The notes under the pieces are model-generated. The model worked only from the letters and a program-made list of their open reading frames with translations, was not told the origin of the DNA and did no database searches. The translations under genes and the position numbers were made by a program. From the NCBI GenBank assembly GCA_033852165.1, contig JAWSUZ010000004.1, forward strand, positions 4,692 through 68,691: a stretch of DNA of 64,000 nucleotides. Reading direction: 5' to 3'. Origin of the DNA: Agarilytica sp. Its GTDB lineage: Bacteria > Pseudomonadota > Gammaproteobacteria > Pseudomonadales > Cellvibrionaceae. Shown here piece after piece: positions 7,943 through 18,427 of this stretch. Numbering within the stretch: the first letter of the stretch is position 1; every line of letters begins with the position of its first letter.

Positions 7943-10837
7943 TCAATCTTCCTGATAACTCTCAATAGAAGGGCAAGAACAAACCAAATTTCGATCCCCA
8001 TACACATTATCAATCCGATTCACCGTAGGCCAAACCTTATAATCCTTCAAATAAGACAAAGGCTGTCCCGCTTCCTCACGCGTGTAAGGCCGATCCCAAT
8101 CCGCGACCAAAACATCCTCCAAAGTATGCGGAGCATTCACCAAAGGATTATTGTCCTGCGGATATTCCGAACGCTCAACCGCATCAATCTCCTCCTTAAT
8201 CTTAATCATCGCATCACAAAAACGATCCAGCTCCATTTTCGACTCAGACTCAGTCGGCTCGATCATTAACGTACCCGCAACCGGAAAAGACATCGTCGGT
8301 GCATGGAAACCAAAATCCATCAAACGCTTCGCAATATCTTCCTCACTAATACCGCTGGACTCTTTTAGCGGGCGCAAATCCAATAAACACTCATGCGCAA
8401 CAAAACCATTTTTACCGCGATACAAAATCGGAAAATCATTACCCAAACGATGAGCCACATAGTTCGCATTAAGGATGGCAAGCTCAGTGGCCTTTTTCAT
8501 CCCCTTATTGCCCATCATCTTAATGTACATCCAGCTAATCGTGAGAATGCTGGCTGAACCCCAAGGTGCCGCTGAAATCGTACCGTTGCTTTCTGTAGTA
8601 CCTGGCAATTCTTGCTCAGGGTGTGACGGTAAGAAAGGCGCAAGATGAGATTTAACCCCAATTGGCCCCATGCCCGGTCCACCACCGCCGTGGGGAATGC
8701 AGAAAGTTTTATGTAAATTAAGATGAGAAACATCGCCGCCGAACTTACCGGGTGCGGCCAAGCCAACGAGTGCATTCATATTCGCACCGTCGATATACAC
8801 CTGAGCGCCGACAGAATGAATCAGCTCACAGATCGCTTTAATCTCTTCCTCAAATACACCGTGAGTCGATGGGTACGTCACCATCAAAGCGGCAATCGCA
8901 TCACCGTGTTGCTCGACTTTTTCTTTGAGATCGTCGATATCCACGTTGCCACTGTCATCACATTTGGTGACGATAACTTTCATTCCCACCATTTGCGCCG
9001 AAGCGGGGTTAGTCCCGTGAGCCGAGGCCGGGATTAAACAAATATTGCGCTGAGTTTGGCCTTGATGTTCAAAGTATTTCTTAATCGCAATAAGACCCGC
9101 GTATTCACCCTGCGAACCCGCATTGGGTTGCAGGCTAATCGCATCGTAACCGGTACAGGCCTGTAGCATATCGTCGAGCTGAGAAAATAATTGGCTATAA
9201 CCCGCCATTTGCTCAATAGGGGCAAAAGGGTGGATCTTGCCAAACTCAGGCCAGGTGACCGGAATCATTTCGGCAGTAGCGTTTAATTTCATCGTGCAGG
9301 AGCCGAGTGGAATCATCGCATGGTTCAATGCAATATCGCGGGACTCCAAACGCTTCAAGTAACGCAGCATTTCAGTTTCGCTTTGGTAGCGTGAAAAGAT
9401 CTCGTGCTGTAAGGCATTCTTTTCACGTTTTACATTGCTGGGTATCGCTTCGTAGCTTTTCGCTTTTTCGATTAGCGCGTCGATATCCAATTCAATATCA
9501 GAATCATTAAATAGGGCTAACAAGTTTTGAATATCTTCGATTGTGGTGCATTCGTTAATACTAATGCCCACGTGGGAACTATCGATTGCGCGAAGGTTAA
9601 TTTTGTTATTCAGCGCATTTTCGATAATCGTGTTTTGGCGATGATCGGTATCAATGCTAAGCGTATCGAAAAAGTGGGGGTGCTGTATGGCATAGCCCAG
9701 CTCTTGCAGTCCCATGGCTAAGATTTTAGTGAAAAGGTGAATGCGAGTCGCAATACGTTGCACCCCATCTGAACCGTGATACATGGCGTAAAAGACGCTC
9801 ATCAAAGCCAGTAAAACCTGCGAGGTACAGATATTGGAGTTGGCCTTTTCGCGGCGGATATGTTGCTCGCGGGTTTGCATTGCCATGCGCAACGCTTTGT
9901 TGCCACGGGCATCGATGGATACTCCGATGATGCGGCCTGGTGTTGCGCGCTTGTAGGATTCTCTAAACGCGTAAAAAGCAGCATGTGGGCCACCGGCGCC
10001 CATGGGAACCCCAAAGCGTTGGTTGCAGCCAACCACAATATCGGCACCGAGTTCACCGGGAGGTGTGAGCAGAACAAGGCTCATAATATCGGCTGCAACG
10101 ATAGCGAGTGCTTGCTTACTTTGGATCGCCTTGATGGTACTTTCGATGGGTTGGATAGCGCCCGTGGAGCCGGGGTATTGGATCAGTGCGCCGAACATTT
10201 CACTTTCTTGGTCGATATTGGCCGGATCGCCAACGATGACATCAAAGCCAAAATGCTCTGCACGTGTTTTTACAACGGCAATGGTTTGGGGATGGCAGTC
10301 TTGATCGATGAAGAAGGTATCGGATTTGTTTTTACGCGAAACCCGTTTAGCCATGGCCATCGCTTCCGCGGCGGCGGTGGCTTCATCGAGCATAGAGGCG
10401 TTGGCCATTTCCATGCCGGTGAGGTCGAGAACCATTTGCTGGAAGTTTAATAAGCCTTCCAGGCGACCTTGCGCGATTTCAGGCTGGTAAGGCGTATAGG
10501 CCGTGTACCAACCGGGGTTTTCGAGAACATTGCGGAGAATGACGTTGGGCACGTGTGTATCGTGGTAGCCCATACCAATGTAAGAGGTATGCACTGAATT
10601 TTTCTGGGCGATAGCACGAAGTTCGGCTAATGCCTCGTGTTCGGTTACGGGGTTACCCAGTGCCGAGGTGGTTTCTGAGCGTATGCCTGCGGGTACGGTC
10701 TTTTCGATTAATGCATCGACCGATGTTAGGCCCATGGCATCGAGCATGGCTTGGGTTTGCTTGGCATCGGGGCCTATATGGCGGCCGATAAATTCGTCTG
10801 AATGGATTACTTCTTCCAAGCCTGCTGGTACTGACAT
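7943..10837 (-). CDS. gcvP: Glycine dehydrogenase (decarboxylating), glycine cleavage P protein
   Basis: [52 protein letters not shown]. True start is ATG 10837, not 11275. Confidence 0.97.
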   Translation of the reverse strand: MSVPAGLEEVIHSDEFIGRHIGPDAKQTQAMLDAMGLTSVDALIEKTVPAGIRSETTSALGNPVTEHEALAELRAIAQKNSVHTSYIGMGYHDTHVPNVILRNVLENPGWYTAYTPYQPEIAQGRLEGLLNFQQMVLDLTGMEMANASMLDEATAAAEAMAMAKRVSRKNKSDTFFIDQDCHPQTIAVVKTRAEHFGFDVIVGDPANIDQESEMFGALIQYPGSTGAIQPIESTIKAIQSKQALAIVAADIMSLVLLTPPGELGADIVVGCNQRFGVPMGAGGPHAAFYAFRESYKRATPGRIIGVSIDARGNKALRMAMQTREQHIRREKANSNICTSQVLLALMSVFYAMYHGSDGVQRIATRIHLFTKILAMGLQELGYAIQHPHFFDTLSIDTDHRQNTIIENALNNKINLRAIDSSHVGISINECTTIEDIQNLLALFNDSDIELDIDALIEKAKSYEAIPSNVKREKNALQHEIFSRYQSETEMLRYLKRLESRDIALNHAMIPLGSCTMKLNATAEMIPVTWPEFGKIHPFAPIEQMAGYSQLFSQLDDMLQACTGYDAISLQPNAGSQGEYAGLIAIKKYFEHQGQTQRNICLIPASAHGTNPASAQMVGMKVIVTKCDDSGNVDIDDLKEKVEQHGDAIAALMVTYPSTHGVFEEEIKAICELIHSVGAQVYIDGANMNALVGLAAPGKFGGDVSHLNLHKTFCIPHGGGGPGMGPIGVKSHLAPFLPSHPEQELPGTTESNGTISAAPWGSASILTISWMYIKMMGNKGMKKATELAILNANYVAHRLGNDFPILYRGKNGFVAHECLLDLRPLKESSGISEEDIAKRLMDFGFHAPTMSFPVAGTLMIEPTESESKMELDRFCDAMIKIKEEIDAVERSEYPQDNNPLVNAPHTLEDVLVADWDRPYTREEAGQPLSYLKDYKVWPTVNRIDNVYGDRNLVCSCPSIESYQED

Positions 10838-11015
10838 ACGTTCGATTCCTATGGCCAAAGCGAGGGCGCAGTATGCGCTGTGGGCGAATACTCCTAGCAA
10901 TTGGTCTGTTTTTAAGTCTAAAGGTGTGAAAAATAAGGGTGTAGAAACGCCGCGAAGTGTAGCAAAATACGGCCTAAATCGGTAATTTTTGTGCGAGTAA
11001 TAGAGGAGTAAATGC

Positions 11016-12116
11016 GTGTTTTCGACGACCAATCTCGTGATCTTATTGGCGTGTATATCGATATTTGCGCTTCGATCGTATAAGAAGGGACTTTGGAAGG
11101 TCGTTTTGGGCTTTGCCGGGTTTGCCTGTGCGTATCTGGTGAGTTTTATCGTCGCTCCGTTTTTAGGCGGATTGGCCCTTTCTAACGGAGCGAGTGGCAT
11201 TGCGGCGTTTTTGGTGGCGATGGGAGCCATCTTCTTTGTGATTTCCAGTTTGGTTTCGAGTGTTCCTGTGTACATGTACCCCTCGTTGAAAGATGTTTCG
11301 ATATCTCAGCGTTTAATGGGCGCGGTACTCGGTTCGGCGACGGGGGTCTTTTTTGCGATTATTTTGATTTGGTTAGTCTCGGCCATGTCATCGGCTATGG
11401 GGTTGAAACCGAAGGGCGAGGATGGTCTGTCTGTGGTGCCAGACTTTCTCAGCCAGACGTCGACGAAGATTGTGTCTGCGTTGGTGCATACAGGTGTGAG
11501 TTTGGTCGAAAAAGATGAATACAAGGCGAGTGCCACAGCTGCGTTTATTGCTGCGCCTCACGTATTCACTGAGGCGTTTACCGAAATTTCGAAATCATCC
11601 GAGTTAAAAGATTTTTGGGCGGATGGAAAATCTCAGTTTCTAATGGGGGAGGGGGATGTCGATCAGTTAATGCAAGAGCCAGCGTTTAACGCTTTTGCTA
11701 ATTCTTCCGGCGTACAAAAGTTGCTATTGGAAGGGAAACCAAAGGACGTATCGGCGAAAGATGCGGAGCGGTATTTAGCCACGCAGATGAGTTTTGTGTG
11801 GCGACGCATGCGGGATCTTCGGGGTGATGAGAGAGTGGCTGAAATTCTCGCGGATACTGAAGTGAAAGATTTGATCGCCAAACAAAACCCGATGCTTTTA
11901 TTATCCAATAAAAAAATACAGTCGTTAATCGGCATTGTGATGGAGACTCCGCTTGGGGAGTCAATAGAGCCGCCGAATATTGAAATCGTAAAAGCCCCTC
12001 CAGCGACAAAGCGTGTGATTTATAAATGGCGCGCTGACAGTGGTGAGATGCGTTATACCGATTTAAAAAACACGCCGGAAGACAAGCGTGGTTTAGCTGA
12101 AAAAATTATGCATTAG
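11016..12116 (+). CDS. CvpA-family membrane protein with long C-terminal extension ending in a DUF4124-like motif
   Basis: N-terminal CvpA pattern ([16 protein letters not shown]; [12 protein letters not shown]). C-terminal [15 protein letters not shown]. Confidence 0.65.
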   Translation: MFSTTNLVILLACISIFALRSYKKGLWKVVLGFAGFACAYLVSFIVAPFLGGLALSNGASGIAAFLVAMGAIFFVISSLVSSVPVYMYPSLKDVSISQRLMGAVLGSATGVFFAIILIWLVSAMSSAMGLKPKGEDGLSVVPDFLSQTSTKIVSALVHTGVSLVEKDEYKASATAAFIAAPHVFTEAFTEISKSSELKDFWADGKSQFLMGEGDVDQLMQEPAFNAFANSSGVQKLLLEGKPKDVSAKDAERYLATQMSFVWRRMRDLRGDERVAEILADTEVKDLIAKQNPMLLLSNKKIQSLIGIVMETPLGESIEPPNIEIVKAPPATKRVIYKWRADSGEMRYTDLKNTPEDKRGLAEKIMH

Positions 12117-12124
12117 GATTGAAT

Positions 12125-12670
12125 ATGAAAGAAAAAATTGGTGGGTGGAAGCAAAAGAGTGAAGAGACGGTTTACGAGAATAATTGGATTCGTGTGAGCC
12201 ATGATGAAGTTATTCGCCCCAATGGCAGCGAGGGTATTTACGGGGTTGTGCATTTTCAAAGTCAGGCGGTGGGAGTGGTGCCGATTGATGACGAGGGCAA
12301 TACGTGGTTGGTGAGTCAAAGTCGTTACACTTTGAATGAACGCACGTGGGAGATTCCTGAGGGAGGTTCGCCTTTGGGGGAAGACCCTTTGGAAACGGCG
12401 AAGCGAGAGCTAGAAGAGGAGGTGGGTTTGTGTGCGGCGGAGTGGGATTTGTTGTTGACCTTGCATACCTCAAATTCAGTTACGGATGAGGTGGGTTTTA
12501 TTTATGTGGCGAAGGGTTTGTCGTTAGGTAAACAGTGTTTGGAGGATACGGAAGATATCGTGGTGAAGAAGCTGCCTTTATCTGAGGCCATTGATATGGC
12601 GATGCGTGGGGAAATTACCGATGCGATGTCGTTGGCAGCTTTGTTTAAAGTGGCTTTGATGAAAGTGTGA
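12125..12670 (+). CDS. NUDIX hydrolase (ADP-ribose pyrophosphatase-like)
   Basis: Nudix box GGSPLGEDPLETAKRELEEEVG. Confidence 0.9.
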   Translation: MKEKIGGWKQKSEETVYENNWIRVSHDEVIRPNGSEGIYGVVHFQSQAVGVVPIDDEGNTWLVSQSRYTLNERTWEIPEGGSPLGEDPLETAKRELEEEVGLCAAEWDLLLTLHTSNSVTDEVGFIYVAKGLSLGKQCLEDTEDIVVKKLPLSEAIDMAMRGEITDAMSLAALFKVALMKV

Positions 12671-13104
12671 AAATCTATTTCAGTTTTCGTTGCTGTAAAG
12701 TTTTAACATTTGAGCGGGCGCTAACGGGGCACTATTATGGATGCCCTAGGCCTTGATATCACATGAAGTCCCTAGGAGGGGAGGCTTTTTTGGTAAGGCA
12801 CGCTATAAATGCCTCTTAGTATGATCGGCCGCAGTATTCTCAATCGCATGCTCGGCTCTGGCTGGCTTCCGGCTTCGGCCTAACTCCTACTGCCCGATAG
12901 ACGTCCTGCGCGATCTAATGCACCCCATTCACGGGGTCAATACGGTAGGCGGTCTTAGCCAAAGAGTATCCTTTCCTTTTGTTCTGCTAGTCCATAGCCC
13001 TGCATAATACCTAGAGAGATCTTCCCAATACACGCCGTAATATGACTATGTCCGATTGTGCTTTCTTGGATATACGTCCCGAAGTACTAGAGCGGACTGA
13101 AAAC

Positions 13105-13785
13105 TTACTGAGGAGTGATTGATAAAAATGGATTCACTATTTTTCCAATTAACCCTGTGAGCTTAACCGGACCTTCCGAGATCAAGAGACAAAGGCAGTC
13201 TTGATTCTGGGCGGCTATGGGTTTGTGGATTTCTCCTGGTTTCTGTTCGATGTAATCACCGGGTGCGTAAATCCCGTTAGCGTCTGAAAAGCTTCCTTCT
13301 AATACGAGTGTGACTTCCAGACCTGTATGGTCGTGTTCTGCAACTTTCCCGCCGCTTTTAATCTTGAGGAAGCGGACTTCATACTTGTTTTGACCGGAGG
13401 TCAATAAAGCTGATTTTAGTTTGGGTGTCAGGGATGACCATTTTAATGGTTTATTTTTGGGGACGAGTTTTTGAATGACTCTGGGGAGGTGGCGAGTGCG
13501 TTCGTCAAGAGCTTGTTCGTCCGGCTTTTTATCGTCGTTGGGATTAGTGGGAATTTGTTTGTTAGTTTTGATGCGCGTCATGAGTTGCTCAAAACTATTT
13601 TCTTTGACGCTAATGGGGTTTGCCTGCTGTAGGACGGAGCCGCCAACGGTGTTGTATTCCGCAACTTTTTGTTTGCATTCAGGGCAAAGTTCAAGATGGG
13701 CGGATACGGGAATGCTGAGTGCCCAGGCGAGGCTGCCTGCTGAAAATTCGGCTAATGTGTTATCGGTGGGGTGGTAGTTAGCCAT
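13105..13785 (-). CDS. chrR: ChrR-family anti-sigma factor (Zn-binding N-terminus plus cupin)
   Basis: H...SAHLELCPEC zinc motif; cupin EHDHTGLEVTLVLEGSFSD...H.P; directly downstream of an ECF sigma factor. Confidence 0.93.
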   Translation of the reverse strand: MANYHPTDNTLAEFSAGSLAWALSIPVSAHLELCPECKQKVAEYNTVGGSVLQQANPISVKENSFEQLMTRIKTNKQIPTNPNDDKKPDEQALDERTRHLPRVIQKLVPKNKPLKWSSLTPKLKSALLTSGQNKYEVRFLKIKSGGKVAEHDHTGLEVTLVLEGSFSDANGIYAPGDYIEQKPGEIHKPIAAQNQDCLCLLISEGPVKLTGLIGKIVNPFLSITPQ

Positions 13786-13790
13786 GGGGT

Positions 13791-14414
13791 TTACCTTGCT
13801 GAAAAAATTGAATGCGTTTGAAGTTTAAGTAGCCCGAGTCGGACGCGTGATTTAACGGTTCCGAGGGGGAGCTGTAGCTCATTTGCGATTTCGGTATGGG
13901 ATTTCCCTTCCATATAAACTTTTTTGATGCAGCGAGACTGTTCGGAAGGTAGGGAGCTTAAGAGCGCCGCAACTTCTTTTTCTTCTCGGTTTTGCTTCAT
14001 AAATACGAAGGGTTGGTTGTCTGTACTTTCGTCCCAAATATCTTCTGTTTCGACGGGGCTTGAGTTGATGTTGTGCTTGGCATATTTGCGAAGGTAGTCA
14101 ATTCTGGCGTTCCGAGCGATGGTGAATATCCATGTACTAGCTGAGGCGCGGGTCGGGTCAAAGTAGGGGGCTTTTTGCCATACTTTAATCATAACCTCTT
14201 GTACGAGTTCTTCTGCGGCCTCTTCTGCGAGGAAGGTTTTGCTGGATTGGCAGAACCCTTTCAGTAGTGGTGCAAAGTGAGCAAACACTTCTGCGAAGGC
14301 TTGCTCATCCTGTTGGCTGACGCGCTTGAGTAAAACGCTCCAATTGTCGTCTCGTACATGGTTGGGTACGAGCTTGGGTGTTTGATATTCGTCGTGTGCC
14401 ACTGAGTTAGCCAT
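13791..14414 (-). CDS. rpoE: ECF sigma factor of the RpoE-ChrR (ECF11-type, singlet oxygen) pair
   Basis: AEELVQEVMIKVWQKA, ASTWIFTIARNARID, GTVKSRVRLGL; adjacent chrR. Confidence 0.88.
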   Translation of the reverse strand: MANSVAHDEYQTPKLVPNHVRDDNWSVLLKRVSQQDEQAFAEVFAHFAPLLKGFCQSSKTFLAEEAAEELVQEVMIKVWQKAPYFDPTRASASTWIFTIARNARIDYLRKYAKHNINSSPVETEDIWDESTDNQPFVFMKQNREEKEVAALLSSLPSEQSRCIKKVYMEGKSHTEIANELQLPLGTVKSRVRLGLLKLQTHSIFSAR

Positions 14415-14518
14415 AGTAAGTGAATAAAGATCGATAGGTGATTATAGAGCCTATATTCCTTGGCCTAAACTCCTAAACTATAGGCGCTTACTTTTAGTTA
14501 CTTTGCTTCTTATGACTA

Positions 14519-14546
14519 TTTACGTACGTACTTGGCGTTTGGATGA
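14519..14546 (-). promoter_or_regulatory. RpoE(ChrR)-type promoter for rpoE-chrR
   Basis: Minus strand reads TCATCC-N16-CGTAAA. Confidence 0.6.
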
Positions 14547-14616
14547 CTGTATCTTGCTGAAATATTACGGGTTTTCAGCTGTTACGTCAGTGTTTCAACG
14601 TTGATCGATATGGTAT

Positions 14617-14644
14617 TGATCCAGAAGCCTGAAGTTGGCGTAAA
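14617..14644 (+). promoter_or_regulatory. RpoE(ChrR)-type promoter for the NTF2-like/SDR unit
   Basis: TGATCC-N16-CGTAAA, 27 nt before ATG 14672. Confidence 0.7.
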
Positions 14645-14671
14645 ACTTATCAAGTTGGAGAATTTTATCCT

Positions 14672-15067
14672 ATGTCTCAGCTGATTGATGACTTTTATCG
14701 AGACTTTTCAGTTTCAAGTCTGGTCAATCTTGATCGTTTATATACCGAAACGGCGGTGTTTGATGAAGGTCCGATTCATAAGAATCAAGGTCGGCAGGCG
14801 ATAGAGCGATTTCTTGTCTCTGTGATAAGGGAGTAATCGATTGTCGTTTTGAGTGTGAGAGCGTGGTTGAAGCTGAAAATACAGCTTTTATTGAATGGTT
14901 TATGTGTTTCCACAATGTGCGCCTAGGTAAGCATGAGGTTACCGTGGGTGGTATTAGCGTGATTCGCTTTGAAGAGAAGATTTTTGTTCACCGTGATTAT
15001 TACGACATGGGGGGTATATGAGCATGTTCCGATTTTAGGTCGGGCGGTTCTTAATTTGAAAGGATAA
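14672..15067 (+). pseudogene. Frameshifted NTF2/SnoaL-like family gene
   Basis: Three frame segments: MSQLIDDFY...LYTETAVF..PIH..QGRQAIER; then VIDCRFE..FIEWFM..IFVHRDYYDMG; then YEHVPILGRAVLNLKG. Shifts near 14810 (T run) and 15015 (G run). Confidence 0.75.
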
Positions 15068-15135
15068 GTTGGCCACGACGGTTTAATTTTATTTTAGATT
15101 TTTGTTCTAAGCGTGGTGTGAACGAATTGATGTGA

Positions 15136-15921
15136 GTGTATCGCGTGAGTAATAAGAATAACGAAAAACGTACTTTTTGGGTGACGGGGGCAAGCAGTGG
15201 CATTGGGCGAGAGCTGGTGCGCCTGCTAGCGATGCAGCGTCACTTTGTTTTTGTCAGTGCGTGCTCTGAAGATCCGTTGGCATTATTAGGTGATGCATAC
15301 CCTGAAAATATTTCTCTGATCCCTATGGATTTAACGTGTCCGCATAGTATTGAAAAAGCTGGGGCGATATTGAAGATGCATACAGATCATCTGGATACGT
15401 TAATTACGTGTGCTGGAGTGTGTGAGGTTGACGATGATTTGCGATTGTCGTCTGATGGTTTTGAGCGTGTGACGCGCAGAAATTATTTAGGGTCAGTGGA
15501 TGTGATACGCGTAGCGCTGCCTTTTTTACGTCAGTCTGAAAACTCTCCTCATATTGTGGGGGTGGGGAGTTTGTCTTCTGTGGTGCCTCTCCCTGGTATG
15601 GCGGCTTATGGAGCGTCTACAGCAGCGTTAGATTATTGTTTGCAAAGTTTAAAAATTGATTTGGCACACGAAAAAATTGATGTGTCAATTGTTCGACCGG
15701 GTTTCGTTGGCATGACTTTCGCTCAAGAAAATAATTTTGATCAGGTGTTGATGACGTCGAGTAAAAATGCGGCTGAAAAAATATTACATGTTTTACAATG
15801 CCGTCGACTCTTCTTTGATTTTCCGTTTCGGATCTCTTTCTCGCTTAAAATCATGCGAATTTTTCCGTCTATTTGGGTAAATTTAATCGCGCCTAAGTTT
15901 AGGCGGGCTGGGGGGCTGTGA
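15136..15921 (+). CDS. Short-chain dehydrogenase/reductase with altered catalytic motif
   Basis: TGASSGIG present; YxxxK reads YGAST. Confidence 0.8.
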   Translation: MYRVSNKNNEKRTFWVTGASSGIGRELVRLLAMQRHFVFVSACSEDPLALLGDAYPENISLIPMDLTCPHSIEKAGAILKMHTDHLDTLITCAGVCEVDDDLRLSSDGFERVTRRNYLGSVDVIRVALPFLRQSENSPHIVGVGSLSSVVPLPGMAAYGASTAALDYCLQSLKIDLAHEKIDVSIVRPGFVGMTFAQENNFDQVLMTSSKNAAEKILHVLQCRRLFFDFPFRISFSLKIMRIFPSIWVNLIAPKFRRAGGL

Positions 15922-16457
15922 GGAATATATTTTTTTGGGGGGGGGATGTTGATATTTGTTTAAATAAATATATCTATGGGTTTTAAGACTTTTTAAAATT
16001 ATTTTTTCAGGTTTTTGATTTTGCTCTGCGCAAACATTTTATATTTATTTTGGCCGTAAACTCGAAATGCAAATGGTAATAAAATAAATAATATTATTTT
16101 ATTAAATAGAAGTTATCCTATGGTTGATTACCTTTAAGTAATTTTGTGTGTGGAAAAATCACTGCATACAGGTGGGAGTTGGAATAGGTAATGTTATTCT
16201 TGGCTGCGAGCAGTCGTTGAGCGACTAAAAACTATTTTATTGGAAAATGTGGTGGATTCAGGAATTGATGATGTGTTTTTAGTTCTGGTATTTTATTTGT
16301 GTTTCTGACAGTTAGGGTTTAGCGAGCGCGTGATTAATGTTTCACATTTCTTATTCGCTAAACCAATATGTCGCGATTTTCCTAGGTTTGGGTCCGTTTC
16401 GCATGAAGCGTAGCATTGATTTTTCTGTTTCCCCTGTGAGGTTGTTCAAATCCCAAT

Positions 16458-16751
16458 CTACCAGTTGGATTGGGCATTTGCGATGGTGTTTGTCTGTGTT
16501 TCTTGCTTGCGCAGAAAAAATTTGGCGACTTTGTAATCCGATGTTGTTGCGCTTAATTTCGAAAAACAATCTCGTCTCGCTTGTTCTTGTGTGCGTGAGC
16601 AGTAGCTGCGCAGGGCTTTGTAGTCGCTGACAATTTGTTTGGCTGTGTCAGAACTGACTTTTAGTTGTTCTGATTGCGCATGGGATGCACCTAGCATGCT
16701 TGCAAGGATTATGGATGATATCCAAAGGATATTTTTGTTTCCGGTTTTCAT
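16458..16751 (-). CDS. Small secreted hypothetical protein
   Basis: Signal peptide (MKTGNKNILWISSIILASMLGASHA); mature part has two Cys. Confidence 0.65.
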   Translation of the reverse strand: MKTGNKNILWISSIILASMLGASHAQSEQLKVSSDTAKQIVSDYKALRSYCSRTQEQARRDCFSKLSATTSDYKVAKFFLRKQETQTNTIANAQSNW

Positions 16752-17268
16752 TCTGACTGCCTCTTAGTTTTGGTTGTCGTCAATCTCTATTTTTATTGTT
16801 TTTTTTATAGCGAGTTGGCGCAGTTCTGTTAGTTAACGGTTATCGTAAATCATGACGTTGTGTCGTGGCTGTGATCAATTCACCATACGCTTTTGTCTTT
16901 TACAAATAATATTATTTTTCGCGTTGTATTTGAACGATGTAACAGCTGTACATACTGTATTTGCATATTCCATTTTATCTTTTTCTATTAAATGTATATC
17001 CTTCTTGGTTATAGATTCTTGTATTACACTTATTGAAAATAAGTAAAAACAATTAACGGCGCCAATATATTGTCTGTTTTTTTTGATTCCGCAAAATGTT
17101 CGTTTTAATTTTTATTTCGTCAAATGTCTGTCGCATTAATCTCTTGTAATTACTTTGAAATGTTAGTGTCGAAAGTATTTACACACGAGAGCGATTAAAA
17201 AATAGCAAACAAATTGGATTTGTATAGAAAATTGTCAGCAAAAGACGTATTTATTTTTTAAAGAGGTT

Positions 17269-18174
17269 TTAAAGGCCAGAAATTATTTGGTTTCTGCCAT
17301 TTTCCTTGGCTTTGTAGAGTAGTTCGTCTGAACGTTGTAATGCGGTATCAAAATCTTCGTTGTCGCGTAACTCGGTAATGCCGATGCTGACAGTGATTGA
17401 AAAGTTATGCTCTTGAAATCTGATCGACATTTTTTCGCACATACTGCGAATGCGTTCGGCCAATATTTTTGCGCCTTCTAAGGTTGCATCAGGGGAGCAG
17501 ATGGCAAACTCCTCTCCGCCTAAGCGGCCAACAATGTCGTAGTTGCGTCTAGCGCCATGTATCGTATCAATTAAACTTTTTAATGCTATGTCGCCGGCGG
17601 CGTGTCCGTATGTGTCATTAATTTTTTTGAAAAAATCAATGTCGATCATCATGATCGATAGATGACGGTTGTGTCGGGATTTTTTTGAGGCTTCTTTTTT
17701 TGACAAAGTAAAAAAGTGGCGTCGATTATATATACCGGTTAAGAAGTCTGTGGTGGCGAGGGTATTTAATTCTATGTTGGCGTGTTCGAGTGCTTTTAAC
17801 GCTGCGGAAAGACGTAGAGCTGAGCGCATTCGAGCAGCGAGTACGGGGTAGTCGATGGGTTTGGTTACAAAATCATGAGCGCCAAGGTCGATAGCTTGAA
17901 CGATGCTGCTTTCTGTATCGCTGGCGGATACCATAATGACGGGGATATCTTTAGTGTCTTCATCGGCTTTGAGCGTTTCTAAAGTTTTGATGCCATCAAT
18001 ACCGGGCATGTGGATATCGAGCAAGATGATGTCTGGGGTGGGTTTAATTCGAGCGCGTTCTATGCAGGATTGACCATCGAGAGCGGGAATAACATCAAAA
18101 TTGTCATCTTCTAAATCAAAGGTGAGCAGGGTGATGTTGTCTTGTACATCATCGACGACGAGAACGTGTTTCAT
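17269..18174 (-). CDS. Response regulator diguanylate cyclase (REC-GGDEF)
   Basis: Receiver DD/D/K residues; GGEEF; RNYD I-site. Confidence 0.93.
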   Translation of the reverse strand: MKHVLVVDDVQDNITLLTFDLEDDNFDVIPALDGQSCIERARIKPTPDIILLDIHMPGIDGIKTLETLKADEDTKDIPVIMVSASDTESSIVQAIDLGAHDFVTKPIDYPVLAARMRSALRLSAALKALEHANIELNTLATTDFLTGIYNRRHFFTLSKKEASKKSRHNRHLSIMMIDIDFFKKINDTYGHAAGDIALKSLIDTIHGARRNYDIVGRLGGEEFAICSPDATLEGAKILAERIRSMCEKMSIRFQEHNFSITVSIGITELRDNEDFDTALQRSDELLYKAKENGRNQIISGL

Positions 18175-18220
18175 ATAGCAGCTGTAATAACGCGGATATT
18201 TTGAGTATAGGTTATATGTT

Positions 18221-18272
18221 TGACGGGTGACGGGTGACGGGTGACGGGTGACGGGTGACGGGTGACGGGTGA
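18221..18272. repeat. Heptamer tandem repeat (TGACGGG) x7 plus partial
   Basis: Perfect copies at 18221-18269 followed by TGA. Confidence 0.95.
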
Positions 18273-18427
18273 ATTAATAAATAGACCTGGCCTCGGTAAA
18301 TTATGTTTTCTAGGGTGCCCTCAGGCTGTGGCGGTGCGTGGTTTTAATCCAGTTTACTTATAAAGTAATTGGCTTCGCTATTCTTTTTTCGCACGAGTAT
18401 TTTTGGGGCTATCTAGTGGAAAGTAAC

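Noticed and set aside
10838-11275. 146-aa N-terminal extension of GcvP, and a possible glycine riboswitch
   Set aside because: The extension overlaps the divergent cvpA-like gene and homology starts at ATG 10837; no glycine riboswitch core was recognisable.
15915-15985. GTG-RNIFFWGG as a remnant of the FAD oxidoreductase that normally follows the SDR
   Set aside because: Only a vague resemblance in a T7/G9 low-complexity run; cannot be supported.
16946-16961. LexA-like CTGTACATAC...
   Set aside because: Lacks the closing ACAG half-site.
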